A DNA stretch of 64,000 nt, taken from Polyangiaceae bacterium (GTDB lineage: Bacteria; Myxococcota_A; Polyangia; Polyangiales; Polyangiaceae). Made by a program: the position numbers and the translations under genes. Below the pieces are notes generated by a model. That model saw only the letters and a program-made list of their open reading frames with translations, had not been told where the DNA came from and ran no database searches. Below are positions 42,124 to 52,172 of the stretch, piece by piece (the first letter of the stretch is position 1; every line of letters starts with the position of its first letter). The stretch spans positions 992,001 to 1,056,000 of the forward strand of contig CBDCTZ010000016.1 in NCBI GenBank assembly GCA_965222375.1, in the 5' to 3' direction.

Positions 42124-44326
42124 GTGACTTCGAGCGATCTCACCGGGCGCAGTCTCGGACGATCCCAACTCGGCGAGAAGCTGGGTGCGGGCGGTATGGG
42201 CGTGGTGTACGCCGCTACCGACACGCAGCTCGGACGGCGCGTGGCCGTGAAAGTGCTGGCCCAGGAGCTGACCGCCGACGCCACTCGGCGCGAGCGGTTC
42301 CTGCGCGAAGCCCGCTCCGCAGCGGCGGTGAAGCACCCGGCCATCGCAGTGGTGCACGACATCGGCGAGTTCGAGGGTCACGTGTACATCGTCATGGAGC
42401 TGGTGGACGGGCAGAGCCTGCGCAGCGCGCTTCAGTACGGTCCGCCACCCATGGCGCATGGCCTTGCCCTCGCGGCGAGCCTGGCGGAAGCCGTGCACAC
42501 CGCCCATGGCGCGGGCGTGGTGCACCGGGATCTCAAGCCCGAGAACCTGATGCTCGACTCTGCAGGGGCGCTCAAGATCTTGGACTTCGGGATCGCCAAG
42601 CTCGACCCTTCTCTGATTCCTGAAGGCCACGGCGTGACCCGTGAAGGGGCCACTCTGGGTACGCCGGGCTATATGTCTCCGGAGCAGGTGCGTGGGCTCG
42701 AGGTGGACGCCCGCACGGACATCTTCGCCATCGGCGTCATCATCTACGAGTTACTGAGCGGCAAAGCGCCCTTTGCCGGGCCCACCATCGTCGACGTGCT
42801 CACCGCCACCAACCGGGACGAGCCCGCGCCCTTGCGCAGCCACGATCCGCGCATCCCCGCGGCGATCGAGGCACTGGCCCATGCCTGCCTCAACAAGGAC
42901 GGACCCGAGCCGCCGACCGCAAAGTGCCGCCGTGGTGGCGACAGAGCTGCGCCGGGTTGCTGAAGAGCTGCGCGAGCTGGGGCATGGCAACACCGTGGAT
43001 TCGAGTGCGGACACGGTCGATCCTCCGGCCGCACCCGGGCACACGCCCGGCATGGCGTCATACGCCAACGTCGTCCCCACCCTCACCGAGAGCTCCCACG
43101 TCAGTGCCGCCTCGCATGGCTTGGCTGCGTCGCCTGGCGCCACTCCGTCGGAGGGCGCGGTCCTGTCCGGCTCACCGGGGGCGACTTCCGGCTCCTTGGG
43201 CGCGACCCCAGCCTCTTCGCGCGGCAAAGGCCTGGTGCTGGTCGCCGTGGGCGGCGCGCTGCTCGCGGCAGCGGTGCTGAGCGTCGGCGTCGTCGGCTAC
43301 GTGTACTTCCAAGACACTCCGACGACTGGGAAGACCGCCAAGGAGCTGCGCCAACCCCAAGTGGGGCTCGACACGCTGGAGGCCTATCTCACTCAGCGAG
43401 ACTCCAAAGCTCTGTCGAGGCACACTGCGCCAGCCTGGGCGGGTGCCGCAAAAGATTTCGGAGATGCCGCCCGGCAACCCGGAGCGCCGGTGGCGCGGCG
43501 CGCGTCGGCACACTTCGCCGAGGGGCAGCGCCAGTTGCTGGAGGGGCAGTTCGATGCCGCACTGAACAGCTACCAGCAGGCCAGCCATGTCGACGACAAG
43601 TGGGCGCTGCCTCATGTGGGGACCTCCGCGGTGCATCAAGCGCGGGGTGATCGCGAAAAGGCGCTGGAAGCAGCTCAGAAGGCCCAACAGCTCGATCCCA
43701 AGCTATGGCTGGCTGTTCGTGCTTCGGCTCGGGCCTATCTGGTGGGCGACCAACCGAAGCACACCTCGGTCATCCTCGAGCTGCGCCGCGCCAAGGAACT
43801 CGCGCCGGACAGCGCCATCTTGTTGGGAGAGCTTGCGCTGGCGTTTCACGCGGCGCAGATGGACGAAGAGGCCGTCAGCAACGCCAACTTGGCCCTGAAG
43901 AAAGATCCGGAATTGGTTGACGTTCGGGTCTTGCTCGCCGAGCGAGCCATCGAAAAGGGCGACGGCAAGGAGGCCCTGGCACAAGCGAGCCGCGCGGTCA
44001 GCGTGTCTCCCGACAACGTGAGCGCGCAGCTCGCCAAGGGCGACGCCCTGCTTCTCTTGGGCCGCGACGACGAAGCGTGCACCACCTTCGTGGAGGCCAT
44101 TCGCCTGAAGAAGGAAACGAAACAATTCGGCGCCCCCAGCGCCCGCCTGGCCCAAGTCGAAGCGGCGCTGAAAAAGAACCGCCTACCCGAACCGCGCGGC
44201 GCCGCCGAAGCCAAAGCCGCCAAGAAAAGCTCCTGGCTCGTCCCTCGTCCGAAGCCGCGCAGCAGTCCCAAACCCAGGCCGCCGAAACCGAAACCGCGAA
44301 GCGCAGGGTCGGGGAATACGTTTTAG
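42124..44326 (+). pseudogene. Ser/Thr protein kinase - TM - TPR, frameshifted by a 4-bp duplication
   Basis: GAGGMG, HRDLKPEN, DFG, GTPGYMSPE. GGAC is duplicated at 42897-42904; removing one copy restores KDPSRRPQSA and joins ORF 42773-44326. Confidence 0.88.
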
Positions 44327-44360
44327 GGGTGCGGCGAACACTGCCGGGACGCCTCATGCA

Positions 44361-45140
44361 CTAGCTCGACCCCGTTGGCCGCGACTCGGGTTGCTGGTTG
44401 GCATCCTGCTCGCTGGGCTCTGAGCCGGGCGTCTGCTCACTGTCGCTCTGTCGGATCCTCACTCGCGCGTTCAACCGCACGTATCCCGTTCCGCCGCCAA
44501 TCAGGTTGCTGAATACCCCGAGGGAGCTGCGCAGCCGACCTAGAGCCTTGGCGATGCGGTCGTCGACGCCCTTGCGTTGGGCGGGATCGCTCGGGTATCG
44601 TAGTCCGAACAGTGCCGTCGCGATCCGAGCGCGCCGAATCCTCGAGCCTTCTTTGATCAGGAGCAGCAAGAGCGCGAGCGGTTGGTGGCTGAGCTGAGCA
44701 TGCGAACCGTGCGCGTCGCTCAGCTCACCCGTGACAGGATCCAGCGTCAGGGTCGGCCGGAGCCTCGTCTCCGAGATTGGCCTGCAAGCGCGCACGAGAG
44801 CCTGCAAGATGGACGCGAACTCCTTGGCGGAGGTCGATTTGTCGACGACTGCCGCAAACCCCATTTGGCGTGCGCGAATGCGGATCTCCTCCGAGGCCAC
44901 GCCCGAGTAGAGCACGCATGGTGCGGTGATGCCCCGCGCGCGGAGCGCCTCGAATACCGTAAGACCGTCGGAAGCTCCCAACGCGTAGTCCACGACAATC
45001 GCATCGGCATCCGCATTGGGCGCGAGCCCGAGCAGCGACTCCACCGTCTTGCAGCTCGTGACTCGAATTCCCAGGCCACCGAGTCCCTTCCGAAGATCCC
45101 TCAGGCATTTCGGCTCGTCGTCCACATAGATGATGTGCAT
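44361..45140 (-). CDS. Response regulator (REC + OmpR-like wHTH), divergent paralog RR4
   Basis: YVDDE, VVDY, YSG, DK receiver residues; LTLD...RLRSSLG output region. Confidence 0.8.
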   Translation of the reverse strand: MHIIYVDDEPKCLRDLRKGLGGLGIRVTSCKTVESLLGLAPNADADAIVVDYALGASDGLTVFEALRARGITAPCVLYSGVASEEIRIRARQMGFAAVVDKSTSAKEFASILQALVRACRPISETRLRPTLTLDPVTGELSDAHGSHAQLSHQPLALLLLLIKEGSRIRRARIATALFGLRYPSDPAQRKGVDDRIAKALGRLRSSLGVFSNLIGGGTGYVRLNARVRIRQSDSEQTPGSEPSEQDANQQPESRPTGSS

Positions 45141-45469
45141 TCTCTCTGACACCAACTCGGACCAATGCGTCATCTGGTTTCGTGATTTCTTTTCATGAGC
45201 GCACTTTTCTTGCGCTGCGCGGCTTATGGAGGTGGCAAACGGCCCCCGCTCGCCCTGACCCGGGGCGGTAGCTCAGTGTGGTCGGAGGACCTCGGGGGAG
45301 AACCCGCGCCCCTTCTTGGGATGTGCTCCTATTCTGAACAGTTCGTGGCCGCTCGACTGCGGTGCCATCACTGTTCCTGTGGTGGAACGCGCGGGCTCGC
45401 GTCACCGGGCGTCGACAACTTGCGACTGCGACACCCGCGGCGTCTAGGTCTGTCCGCGCGCTGTGCTTT

Positions 45470-46252
45470 TCAGCTGGCTCGCTTGTGTCGCCATGTGGGT
45501 GCGGTCGGCGCTGCCGCTTGTCTTATTGCTGGCCCTATCGCGGGAAAGGTGCCGCTTGCTGCTAGGGTGACCTTTGCCGTCAGCCTGACGAGGCCGCCGT
45601 GGGAGTCGAGCACGGGCTCGAAGAGGCCGAGGGCCTTGTCGAGGCGGCGGATGGCTTGAGTGACGCGGTTTTCCATGCGCTCGCGGGCGTCGTCGTCCTT
45701 GGGATACGGCTCGTTGAATAGCGCTGGTGCAACGTCTTTGCGTCGCAGTGGGCCGTGGGTGGCAAGCAGCGTGAACAACTTCAACTGTTGGTTTTCGAGG
45801 CGGATGTGGTGATCTGAGGTAGCGCTGCGTAGCTCTCCCGAGTTGGCATCCAGGGTGAGCGAATGTGGGTTGCTCCGCTTCGGTGGTGGCTCCGAGTGGA
45901 GGTTCTGGATGTTGAACAGGATGGCGGCAATCTCCTTTGGGGAAGTGCCTTTGCGAATCACCTCCACGAACCCCATCCGGCGGGCCTGGATGCGCTCGTC
46001 TTCATTGGCTTTGCCAGTGTAGAGGATGCAGGGCGTGGTGACGCCTTTGGCGCGGAGCGCTTGGAATACGGTGAGGCCGTCGGTGGCGCCCAGATCGTAG
46101 TCGAGCAGGATGACATCTGCGTCAGAGCTGGGAGCAATGGCGAGCAGCGCGTCCACCTTGCTGAAGCAGGTCAGTTTGATGGCGTGTGAGCGCAGGGCGC
46201 GCTGGAGGACTGCGAGGATCTTCGGGTTGTCGTCGAGGTAGAGGGCGTGCAT
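45470..46252 (-). CDS. Response regulator paralog RR3
   Basis: LYLDD, LLDYDL, YTG, IRK; closely matches RR1 and RR2. Confidence 0.85.
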   Translation of the reverse strand: MHALYLDDNPKILAVLQRALRSHAIKLTCFSKVDALLAIAPSSDADVILLDYDLGATDGLTVFQALRAKGVTTPCILYTGKANEDERIQARRMGFVEVIRKGTSPKEIAAILFNIQNLHSEPPPKRSNPHSLTLDANSGELRSATSDHHIRLENQQLKLFTLLATHGPLRRKDVAPALFNEPYPKDDDARERMENRVTQAIRRLDKALGLFEPVLDSHGGLVRLTAKVTLAASGTFPAIGPAIRQAAAPTAPTWRHKRAS

Positions 46253-46284
46253 GGGGAACGACTTCCGAGCCGCGACTGGTCGGG

Positions 46285-46767
46285 TCATGCATCCTCGGGG
46301 AGCCAGGGCTCGTATTCGATCTCGGTTTGGTTGCCCGTGGCAAGAGGGGCCTTCACGTTGTCCGCCCGCAGCATGATGGGCGCGCCATCGATGACAAGCA
46401 GATCCGCCGTGTAGCTCACCGTTCCGCGTGAGATCTGTTGAACGCATGCAATCGTTGATTTGAGGAAGCCCGCCATGTCTTCGGCGATTTCGGCGGCGTC
46501 TGCTGGCGTGGTGCACTCCTCATAGTTGTAGTATTCGGCCCCCTCACCCACGAAGAAGTTCATCCTGCCCTGGTGGCTGCCTCGCCCAAACCCCAGCTCA
46601 AATGGGCACGAGTGGTCGGAAACGGAACGGAGAACGCAGCGAACAAATCCGCGCTCCTCGCAAATGCTTGAGCGTGCGACATCTATTTTGTTGGGGTCGA
46701 GCAGAAAGATCGCGCCGACCGCAGTGCGCTCAAGCTCCGAGAGCTTCGCGTGTAGTTGATTTAGCAT
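46285..46767 (-). CDS. Putative immunity protein for Rhs CT3
   Basis: ATG 4 nt after the toxin stop; acidic small protein. Confidence 0.65.
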   Translation of the reverse strand: MLNQLHAKLSELERTAVGAIFLLDPNKIDVARSSICEERGFVRCVLRSVSDHSCPFELGFGRGSHQGRMNFFVGEGAEYYNYEECTTPADAAEIAEDMAGFLKSTIACVQQISRGTVSYTADLLVIDGAPIMLRADNVKAPLATGNQTEIEYEPWLPEDA

Positions 46768-46771
46768 CGCA

Positions 46772-47527
46772 CTACTTTCGCAGATGGAAGTGGCCGGGGT
46801 CGCGCGTGCGCCACCAGGACTGTCCAGGTGGAAGGCGTTTCGACCTTAGCCACTGGTTGAACTCCCTTAGACCTGGGTCGCCGATTTGCTTCAAGTACTT
46901 TCCTTTTCTTGCGGGTGACGCTCCCCACCTGATCGACGACGAAATGGGCTCTCCCATCGACTTCGAGTACGACCCTCCGACACGCACCCACTGCTTCAGC
47001 GGTCCACTTGCAGTTTTGCCAACAACAGCGAACCCCGCAAGCCCGCCAGTGAGAGCTCCTGCACCCGCGCCCCACGCGGCGGCCGTACCAGCGCGTCCCC
47101 AATCGATGCAGTCGAAGGTGACGCCGTCGAATGCCAGTTGCGTGATGACGTCGAGCGCGAACCCTTGGAAGCCGCCTTGTGCGGCACCAACCGCCCCCGC
47201 TGCCGCAGCTGCGAGCCATGGCACATCCCCATCCGGGTCGACGAAGTTGACGGGGTCATTGGCTGCGTAATTGTACAGGTTCCATCCGCCGGAGAAACCG
47301 CTGGGGTCTCTCGTTATGAACCTCCTGGCCTCGGGATCGTAGTCGCGTGCTCCGAGGTGGAGTAGCTCGGTGTCGGGGTCCCACAGCCCGCCTCCGAAGG
47401 CGAAGGGTTGGTCGTTGACTGAGCCGGTGACGTAGGTAGGCGTCCCCCAGTCGTCGTAGTCGATGCGTTGGAGGGTGGTGCCGTTGATGGCATTGAGCAC
47501 TAGGCGCACGGAGCCTAGGTGGTCGGT
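46772..47527 (-). CDS. Orphan Rhs core tip plus C-terminal toxin CT3 (unknown, ends DPGHFH)
   Basis: Starts at TDHLGSVR; ARDYDP...RF...DP...NLY.YA.NDPVNFVDPDG, then a unique basic C-terminus. Confidence 0.85.
   Translation of the reverse strand, partial: TDHLGSVRLVLNAINGTTLQRIDYDDWGTPTYVTGSVNDQPFAFGGGLWDPDTELLHLGARDYDPEARRFITRDPSGFSGGWNLYNYAANDPVNFVDPDGDVPWLAAAAAGAVGAAQGGFQGFALDVITQLAFDGVTFDCIDWGRAGTAAAWGAGAGALTGGLAGFAVVGKTASGPLKQWVRVGGSYSKSMGEPISSSIRWGASPARKGKYLKQIGDPGLREFNQWLRSKRLPPGQSWWRTRDPGHFHLRK
47253..47527. repeat. 275-bp Rhs core homology block, copy 3
   Basis: Matches 51374-51648 and 54321-54595, with scattered substitutions only in the toxin-proximal part. Confidence 0.95.
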
Positions 47528-47631
47528 TGGGCTGCCCCCACTCGCGTCGCCGCCGCGAGGCGCGGTGCCCGGTGGAAACGAAGTGGCGCGCGTAGTCGCG
47601 GCGCCTCCGCGGTCTCCCCCTTACTTGTGCT

Positions 47632-49592
47632 GTGCGTCAAGAAAGCTTCGATCAGGAGGAAGTCATGTAAGAGCCAGACATAACTGAAACTTGATGTAGT
47701 GACCCAGCGGGTTGGAGTCCCGCTCAGCCAAGGGTGCGCCGCCAGCTGAAAGCGAGTCTTGCGTGGCAGTCACAACCGAAAGGGAGGACTGCTGCGAAGC
47801 GTAGACAGCGAGCGTGCAGGCCGTGCAATTGGGCCGCGAAAGGTTGGTAGTCGTGGGAGCCGACGGCTCAGCACAGGCCGGAAGGCAATACCAGCGGAGC
47901 AAGAGTCAGGGGCAACGCCCCGACGGCGTGTCTCCGCGGTCCCACCGAGGTCGTAGAACACGGCATGTGCGCGAAGGGGTCACCGAGGAACTTGAGAGGT
48001 CCTGTCCGCTCCGGGAAACCGGAACTGCCAAGCAAGCGCAAGTGAGCGAGGTGGGGCGGGCGGGAAGTCCGAGCGCCAAATAGTAGTCGAAGCCGGGGAA
48101 GCCTCCCAAGCGACCCGGTGGAGCGAAGGATGGCGCCGGGTCACGGAACCGAAAGAGGGAAAGATGAGTGAGACATCGAGCTCAACAAGCATCTCAACGA
48201 AAGTCGAAAGGATAGCAACGCTGGCGCAGCAAGCGCCCGACATGGCGTTCACGACGCTGGCCCATCACATCGACCTGGAGTGGCTGCGCGAAGCGCACCG
48301 CAGGACTCGCAAGGATGGTGCTGTGGGCGTGGACGGGCAGAGCGCGCAAGAGTACGCGGCCAACCTGGAGGAACATCTCCAGTCGCTGCTCGACCGCGCG
48401 AAGTCCGGCACATACCGAGCCCCACCCGTGCGGCGTGTGCACATCCCCAAGGGGGGAGGGAAGGAAACGCGCCCGCTTGGGATCCCAACCTTCGAGGACA
48501 AGGTGTTGCAACGAGCAGTCGCGATGGTGCTCGAAGCAGTCTATGAGCAGGACTTCTTGAACTGCTCCTATGGCTTCCGGCCAGGGCGCTCTGCGCACCA
48601 GGCTCTGGAAACGCTTCGGACACCGATGGTCAAGATGGCTGGCGGTTGGGTTCTGGAGATCGATATACGAAAGTTTTTCGATACCTTGGACCACGGACGA
48701 CTACGGGAAGTGCTGCGCTGCAGGGTGCGCGATGGCGTGATCCTGCGCTTGATCGGCAAGTGGCTGAATGCAGGAGTGCTGGAGTCCGGGCGGCTGAGCT
48801 ACCCGGATGCCGGCACGCCACAGGGCGGGGTGATCTCGCCGTTGCTGGCAAACATCTACCTGCATGAGGTGCTTGACGTCTGGTTCGAGCGACAAGTGCG
48901 TCCCCGCCTTCGGGCTCGGGCGCACCTCGTTCGCTACGCGGACGATGCCGTCATGCTGTTCGAGTTCGAGGAAGACGCCAGGCGTGTGTTCGAGGTCTTG
49001 CCGAAGCGATTCGCCAAGTTCGGGCTCACGCTGCACGCCGAAAAGACAAAGCTCGTGCCGTTCAAACGGCCGGACCGGATCCGACGGCGTCGCGGCGGCG
49101 AGGGTGAGGGGCCATCGGGGCCTAGCTCCTTCAACTTCCTCGGCTTCACCTTCCACTGGGCAAAGAGCCTGGCTGGCAAGTGGGTGGTGAGGACGCGAAC
49201 AGCGAAAGACAGATACCAGAGAGCGGTCAACGCCATCGCACAGTGGTGTCGGAATCACCGGCATGCTTCTGTGCGAGTACAGCGTCAGGCGCTGGCTGCG
49301 AAACTTCGCGGTCACTACGCCTACTTCGGCCGTACCGGCAACTTCAGCCGCCTCTGGAGCTTGTACTTCGCCACTGTGCGGAAGTGGAAGCGCTGGCTGT
49401 CTCGACGCTCCGACAAAGCGCGACTCACCTGGCCTGCGATGGATCGGCTACTGGAGCGCAATCCGCTCCCGAAACCCGATGCCTCGCGCCGCTTCGCGTA
49501 GCAAAGCCGTGGCCTGAGGAGCCGGATGCGGGAAATCCGCACGTCCGGATCTGTCCGGGGGGCGGCCCGTAAAGGGCCGTCCCTACCGGGAG
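47632..49592 (+). mobile_element. Group II intron
   Basis: 5' GTGCG; domain V GAGCCGGATGCGGGAAATCCGCACGTCCGGATC; domain VI ending CCCTACCGGGAG; EBS1 AGCACA (47870-47875) complementary to exon TGTGCT; boundaries confirmed by the empty copy of the target. Confidence 0.95.
48164..49501 (+). CDS. ltrA: Group II intron reverse transcriptase/maturase (no endonuclease domain)
   Basis: [55 protein letters not shown] domain LRGHYAYF. Confidence 0.96.
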   Translation: MSETSSSTSISTKVERIATLAQQAPDMAFTTLAHHIDLEWLREAHRRTRKDGAVGVDGQSAQEYAANLEEHLQSLLDRAKSGTYRAPPVRRVHIPKGGGKETRPLGIPTFEDKVLQRAVAMVLEAVYEQDFLNCSYGFRPGRSAHQALETLRTPMVKMAGGWVLEIDIRKFFDTLDHGRLREVLRCRVRDGVILRLIGKWLNAGVLESGRLSYPDAGTPQGGVISPLLANIYLHEVLDVWFERQVRPRLRARAHLVRYADDAVMLFEFEEDARRVFEVLPKRFAKFGLTLHAEKTKLVPFKRPDRIRRRRGGEGEGPSGPSSFNFLGFTFHWAKSLAGKWVVRTRTAKDRYQRAVNAIAQWCRNHRHASVRVQRQALAAKLRGHYAYFGRTGNFSRLWSLYFATVRKWKRWLSRRSDKARLTWPAMDRLLERNPLPKPDASRRFA

Positions 49593-49744
49593 CGCGCAGG
49601 CAGCTCCTGCGGGAGCACGCGGGCAAACGTGTTGCGACTCAGTGCCGCCTGCGCTGCGCGCAAGTGGAGGAGACGGTTAGCGTCGTGCGGCCTCAGTGAA
49701 TTGCGACCGCGATGCTTTGGGCGGCGTGTGGACAGCTGGTGCGC

Positions 49745-50518
49745 TCAGCTGGCTCGTTTGTGTCGTTTCGTTGGCGCTGCTGCTTGCTTGACTGCTGGCC
49801 TGGTGGCGGGGAACGTGCCGCTTGCTGTTAGGGCAACCCTTGCGGTCAGCATAACGACACCGCCGTGGCAGTCGACGAGGCATTCCAAGTCCCCGAGGGC
49901 TTTGCACAGGCGGCGGATGGCGTGAGTGATGCGGTCGTCCATGCGCTTGCCGGCATCGTCGTCTTCGGGGTACGGCTCCTTGAACAGCTTTGGTGCGAGG
50001 TCTTTGCGTCGCAGTGGGCCGGAAGTCACGAGCAGGGTGAATAGCTTCAGCTGTTGATTTTCGAGCTGGATGCGGTGATCCGAGGTGGGGCTGCGCAGCT
50101 TGCCGGAGTTTGCATCCAAGGTGAGGGAGTGTGGCGCGCTGCGCTCTGCTGGTGGATCCGAGCAGCGGCGCAGCACGCTGAAGAGGATGGCGGCAATCTC
50201 CTTTGGGGAAGTGCCCTTACGAATCCCCTCCACGAACCCTGCCCGACGCGCCTGGATGCGGTCGTCCTCCTTGGCCTTGCCGGTGTAGAGGATGCAGGGC
50301 GTGGTGACGCCCTTGGCGCGGAGCGCTTGGAACACCGTGAGGCCGTCGGTGGCTCCCAGATCGTAGTCGAGCAGGATGACCTCCGCGTCGGAGCTGGGAG
50401 CAATGGCGAGCAGCGCGTCCGCCTTGCTGAAACACGTCAGCTTGATGCCGCGACCGCTCAGGGCTTGGCGAACGCTGGCCAGGACTTTTGGCTCGTCGTC
50501 GAGGAGGAGGGCGTGCAT
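49745..50518 (-). CDS. Response regulator paralog RR2
   Basis: LLDDEP, LLDYDL, YTGKA, IRK, wHTH-like C-half. Confidence 0.85.
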   Translation of the reverse strand: MHALLLDDEPKVLASVRQALSGRGIKLTCFSKADALLAIAPSSDAEVILLDYDLGATDGLTVFQALRAKGVTTPCILYTGKAKEDDRIQARRAGFVEGIRKGTSPKEIAAILFSVLRRCSDPPAERSAPHSLTLDANSGKLRSPTSDHRIQLENQQLKLFTLLVTSGPLRRKDLAPKLFKEPYPEDDDAGKRMDDRITHAIRRLCKALGDLECLVDCHGGVVMLTARVALTASGTFPATRPAVKQAAAPTKRHKRAS

Positions 50519-50557
50519 GGGGGGGGCTGCTGCGAGGGTTGAATCTGGACCCGAATT

Positions 50558-50827
50558 CTAGAGCTTGAGTCTGCCAATCAGCGCTTTCACGGCATTTATG
50601 GCTAGGACGACATCATCGTAGCTATTCCGCGCGGCAGTTTCGCCGACCACTGGCACGGATCGAAATATCTTTTCGCGTCTTGCGACCAACGTGTCTAACA
50701 GTTCCGCTAGTTGCTCTGCCGTTGCATAGTCCTCCACCATGCCCATGCTGCCGTGTGGCGCCTCAAGTTCGTCAGAGAACCCCTGAGCAATCAACTCCTT
50801 CCGTAGTTCTTTCTGAATATCGGTCAT
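50558..50827 (-). CDS. Putative immunity protein for Rhs CT2
   Basis: ATGA overlap with the toxin stop; 89 aa, helical. Confidence 0.7.
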   Translation of the reverse strand: MTDIQKELRKELIAQGFSDELEAPHGSMGMVEDYATAEQLAELLDTLVARREKIFRSVPVVGETAARNSYDDVVLAINAVKALIGRLKL

Positions 50828-51648
50828 TGGCCTCGCACGGGTCGAACGCAGACTATGCATTCCCTTGGGATTCTAGCAGGATTTGTGAGGTCTACACCGC
50901 CGCCCCGACCCAACGGGTGAGGTTGTACGATTCCCGGCTTGTTCGAGATGAATCGGCCACCATTTCTTATTCCGACCACCACCTCCGGAGCAGACTTCAC
51001 GCCAAGCAACTCGACAGCCTCGCGCGCGCTGTACGTGCCGACGTTTGTGGCCGACGACTGAGAGTACAGCCCGGTCTTCTGGATTGCTGCCCCAGCGCGC
51101 GCGCTCGTGTAGTGGTAGACTAGATCGTCGCTCTTAGAAACTGCTCTCCCGAGGATTGCGGCGCCTGCGATCCCACCAGTGACGGCGCCAATGCCGGCGC
51201 CGACTGCAGCAGCGGTTCCCGCCTGACCCCAATCGACACAATTGAAGTTGCCGCCGTTGCGTGCAAGCTGGCCCAGCACGTCCAAGCCACCCGCCTCGAA
51301 AAAACCGTGCGCTGCCCCTGCGGCCGCAGCCGCGAGCCAAGGCACATTGCCATCCGGGTCGACGAAGTTGATGGGGTCATTGCCTGCGTAATTATACAGG
51401 TTCCAGCCGCCGGAGAAACCGCTGGGGTCCCTCGTGATGAACCTCCTCGCCTGCGGGTCGTAGTCGCGGGCTCCGAGGTGCAGTAGCTCGGTGTCGGGGT
51501 CCCACAGCCCGCCTCCGAAGGCGAAGGGTTGGTCGTTGACTGAGCCGGTGACGTAGGTAGGCGTCCCCCAGTCGTCGTAGTCGATGCGTTGGAGGGTGGT
51601 GCCGTTGATGGCATTGAGCACTAGGCGCACGGAGCCTAGGTGGTCGGT
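50824..51648 (-). CDS. Orphan Rhs core tip plus HYD1-type ADP-ribosyltransferase-like toxin CT2
   Basis: TDHLGSVR...DPDG, then VYHYTS...AIQKTG...GGGVD. Confidence 0.8.
   Translation of the reverse strand, partial: TDHLGSVRLVLNAINGTTLQRIDYDDWGTPTYVTGSVNDQPFAFGGGLWDPDTELLHLGARDYDPQARRFITRDPSGFSGGWNLYNYAGNDPINFVDPDGNVPWLAAAAAGAAHGFFEAGGLDVLGQLARNGGNFNCVDWGQAGTAAAVGAGIGAVTGGIAGAAILGRAVSKSDDLVYHYTSARAGAAIQKTGLYSQSSATNVGTYSAREAVELLGVKSAPEVVVGIRNGGRFISNKPGIVQPHPLGRGGGVDLTNPARIPRECIVCVRPVRGQ
51374..51648. repeat. 275-bp Rhs core homology block, copy 2
   Basis: Reads identical to 54321-54595. Confidence 0.95.
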
Positions 51649-51882
51649 TGGGCTGCCCCCACTCGCGTCGCCGCCGCGAGGCGCGGTGCCTATTGCTAAC
51701 AAGGCGCCGCGCGTAGTCGCGGCGCCTCCGCGGTCTCCCCCTTACTTGTGCTCCCGCAGGCGGCGCCTGCGGGAGCACGCGGACAGACGTGTTGTAACTC
51801 TGTGCCGCCTGCGCTGCGCGCAAGTGGAGGAGACGGTTAGCGTCGAAGTGCGTCGTTGATGACGACCGCGATGCTTTGGGCG
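51649..51882. repeat. Structured non-coding element, copy A (intact, ~234 bp)
   Basis: Nested inverted repeats, e.g. GTGCTCCCGCAGG/CCTGCGGGAGCAC, CTCGCG/CGCGAG, GTCTCC..ACTTG/CAAGT..GGAGAC. Confidence 0.9.
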
Positions 51883-52172
51883 CGGCTGGGCTCAGGCGTG
51901 TGTCGCGTCTCTGCGCCGGTGATGTCTGTGTGATTCCCCTGGCAGCCGTGTTCGGAGTCGGATGCTGCAGTCCCTCGCGCGCGCTGGCAGGTGCCCGGCC
52001 CGTCGTGGCGGGCCTCGCCGGGAGCGCGCAAGCTCTGCGCCACGCCCCGCGATGTCCTGGCGCGCCTATCGTCATCGAGCGGATGCCTGTCGAGTTTGTC
52101 TTCCCTTGGGCGTGTCACAGAGCTCGCGCGAAGGGTGGGCAAGGCCCGCCACGCCGGGCCGGGAGGTTTCAC

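Larger units (their letters stand above)
47528..49723. repeat. Structured non-coding element, copy B (47528-47631 plus 49593-49723), interrupted by a group II intron
   Basis: Joining the two halves reproduces 51649-51882. Confidence 0.9.

Noticed and set aside
45261..45315. tRNA-like GGGGCGGTAGCTCAGTGTGG...CGCCCC
   Set aside because: Resembles a tRNA 5' end, but has no T-arm (GTTCRA) or anticodon arm and is too short
48164..49501. RT as part of a diversity-generating retroelement or retron acting on the Rhs repeats
   Set aside because: It lies inside a full group II intron (GTGCG, EBS1, DV, DVI) and has the maturase domain. Differences between the Rhs blocks are not adenine-specific.
51695..51841. 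Element A as an integron attC site (GCTAAC...GTTAGC)
   Set aside because: GCTAAC is absent from copy B, the boxes do not fit RYYYAAC/GTTRRRY well, and no integron integrase is in the window
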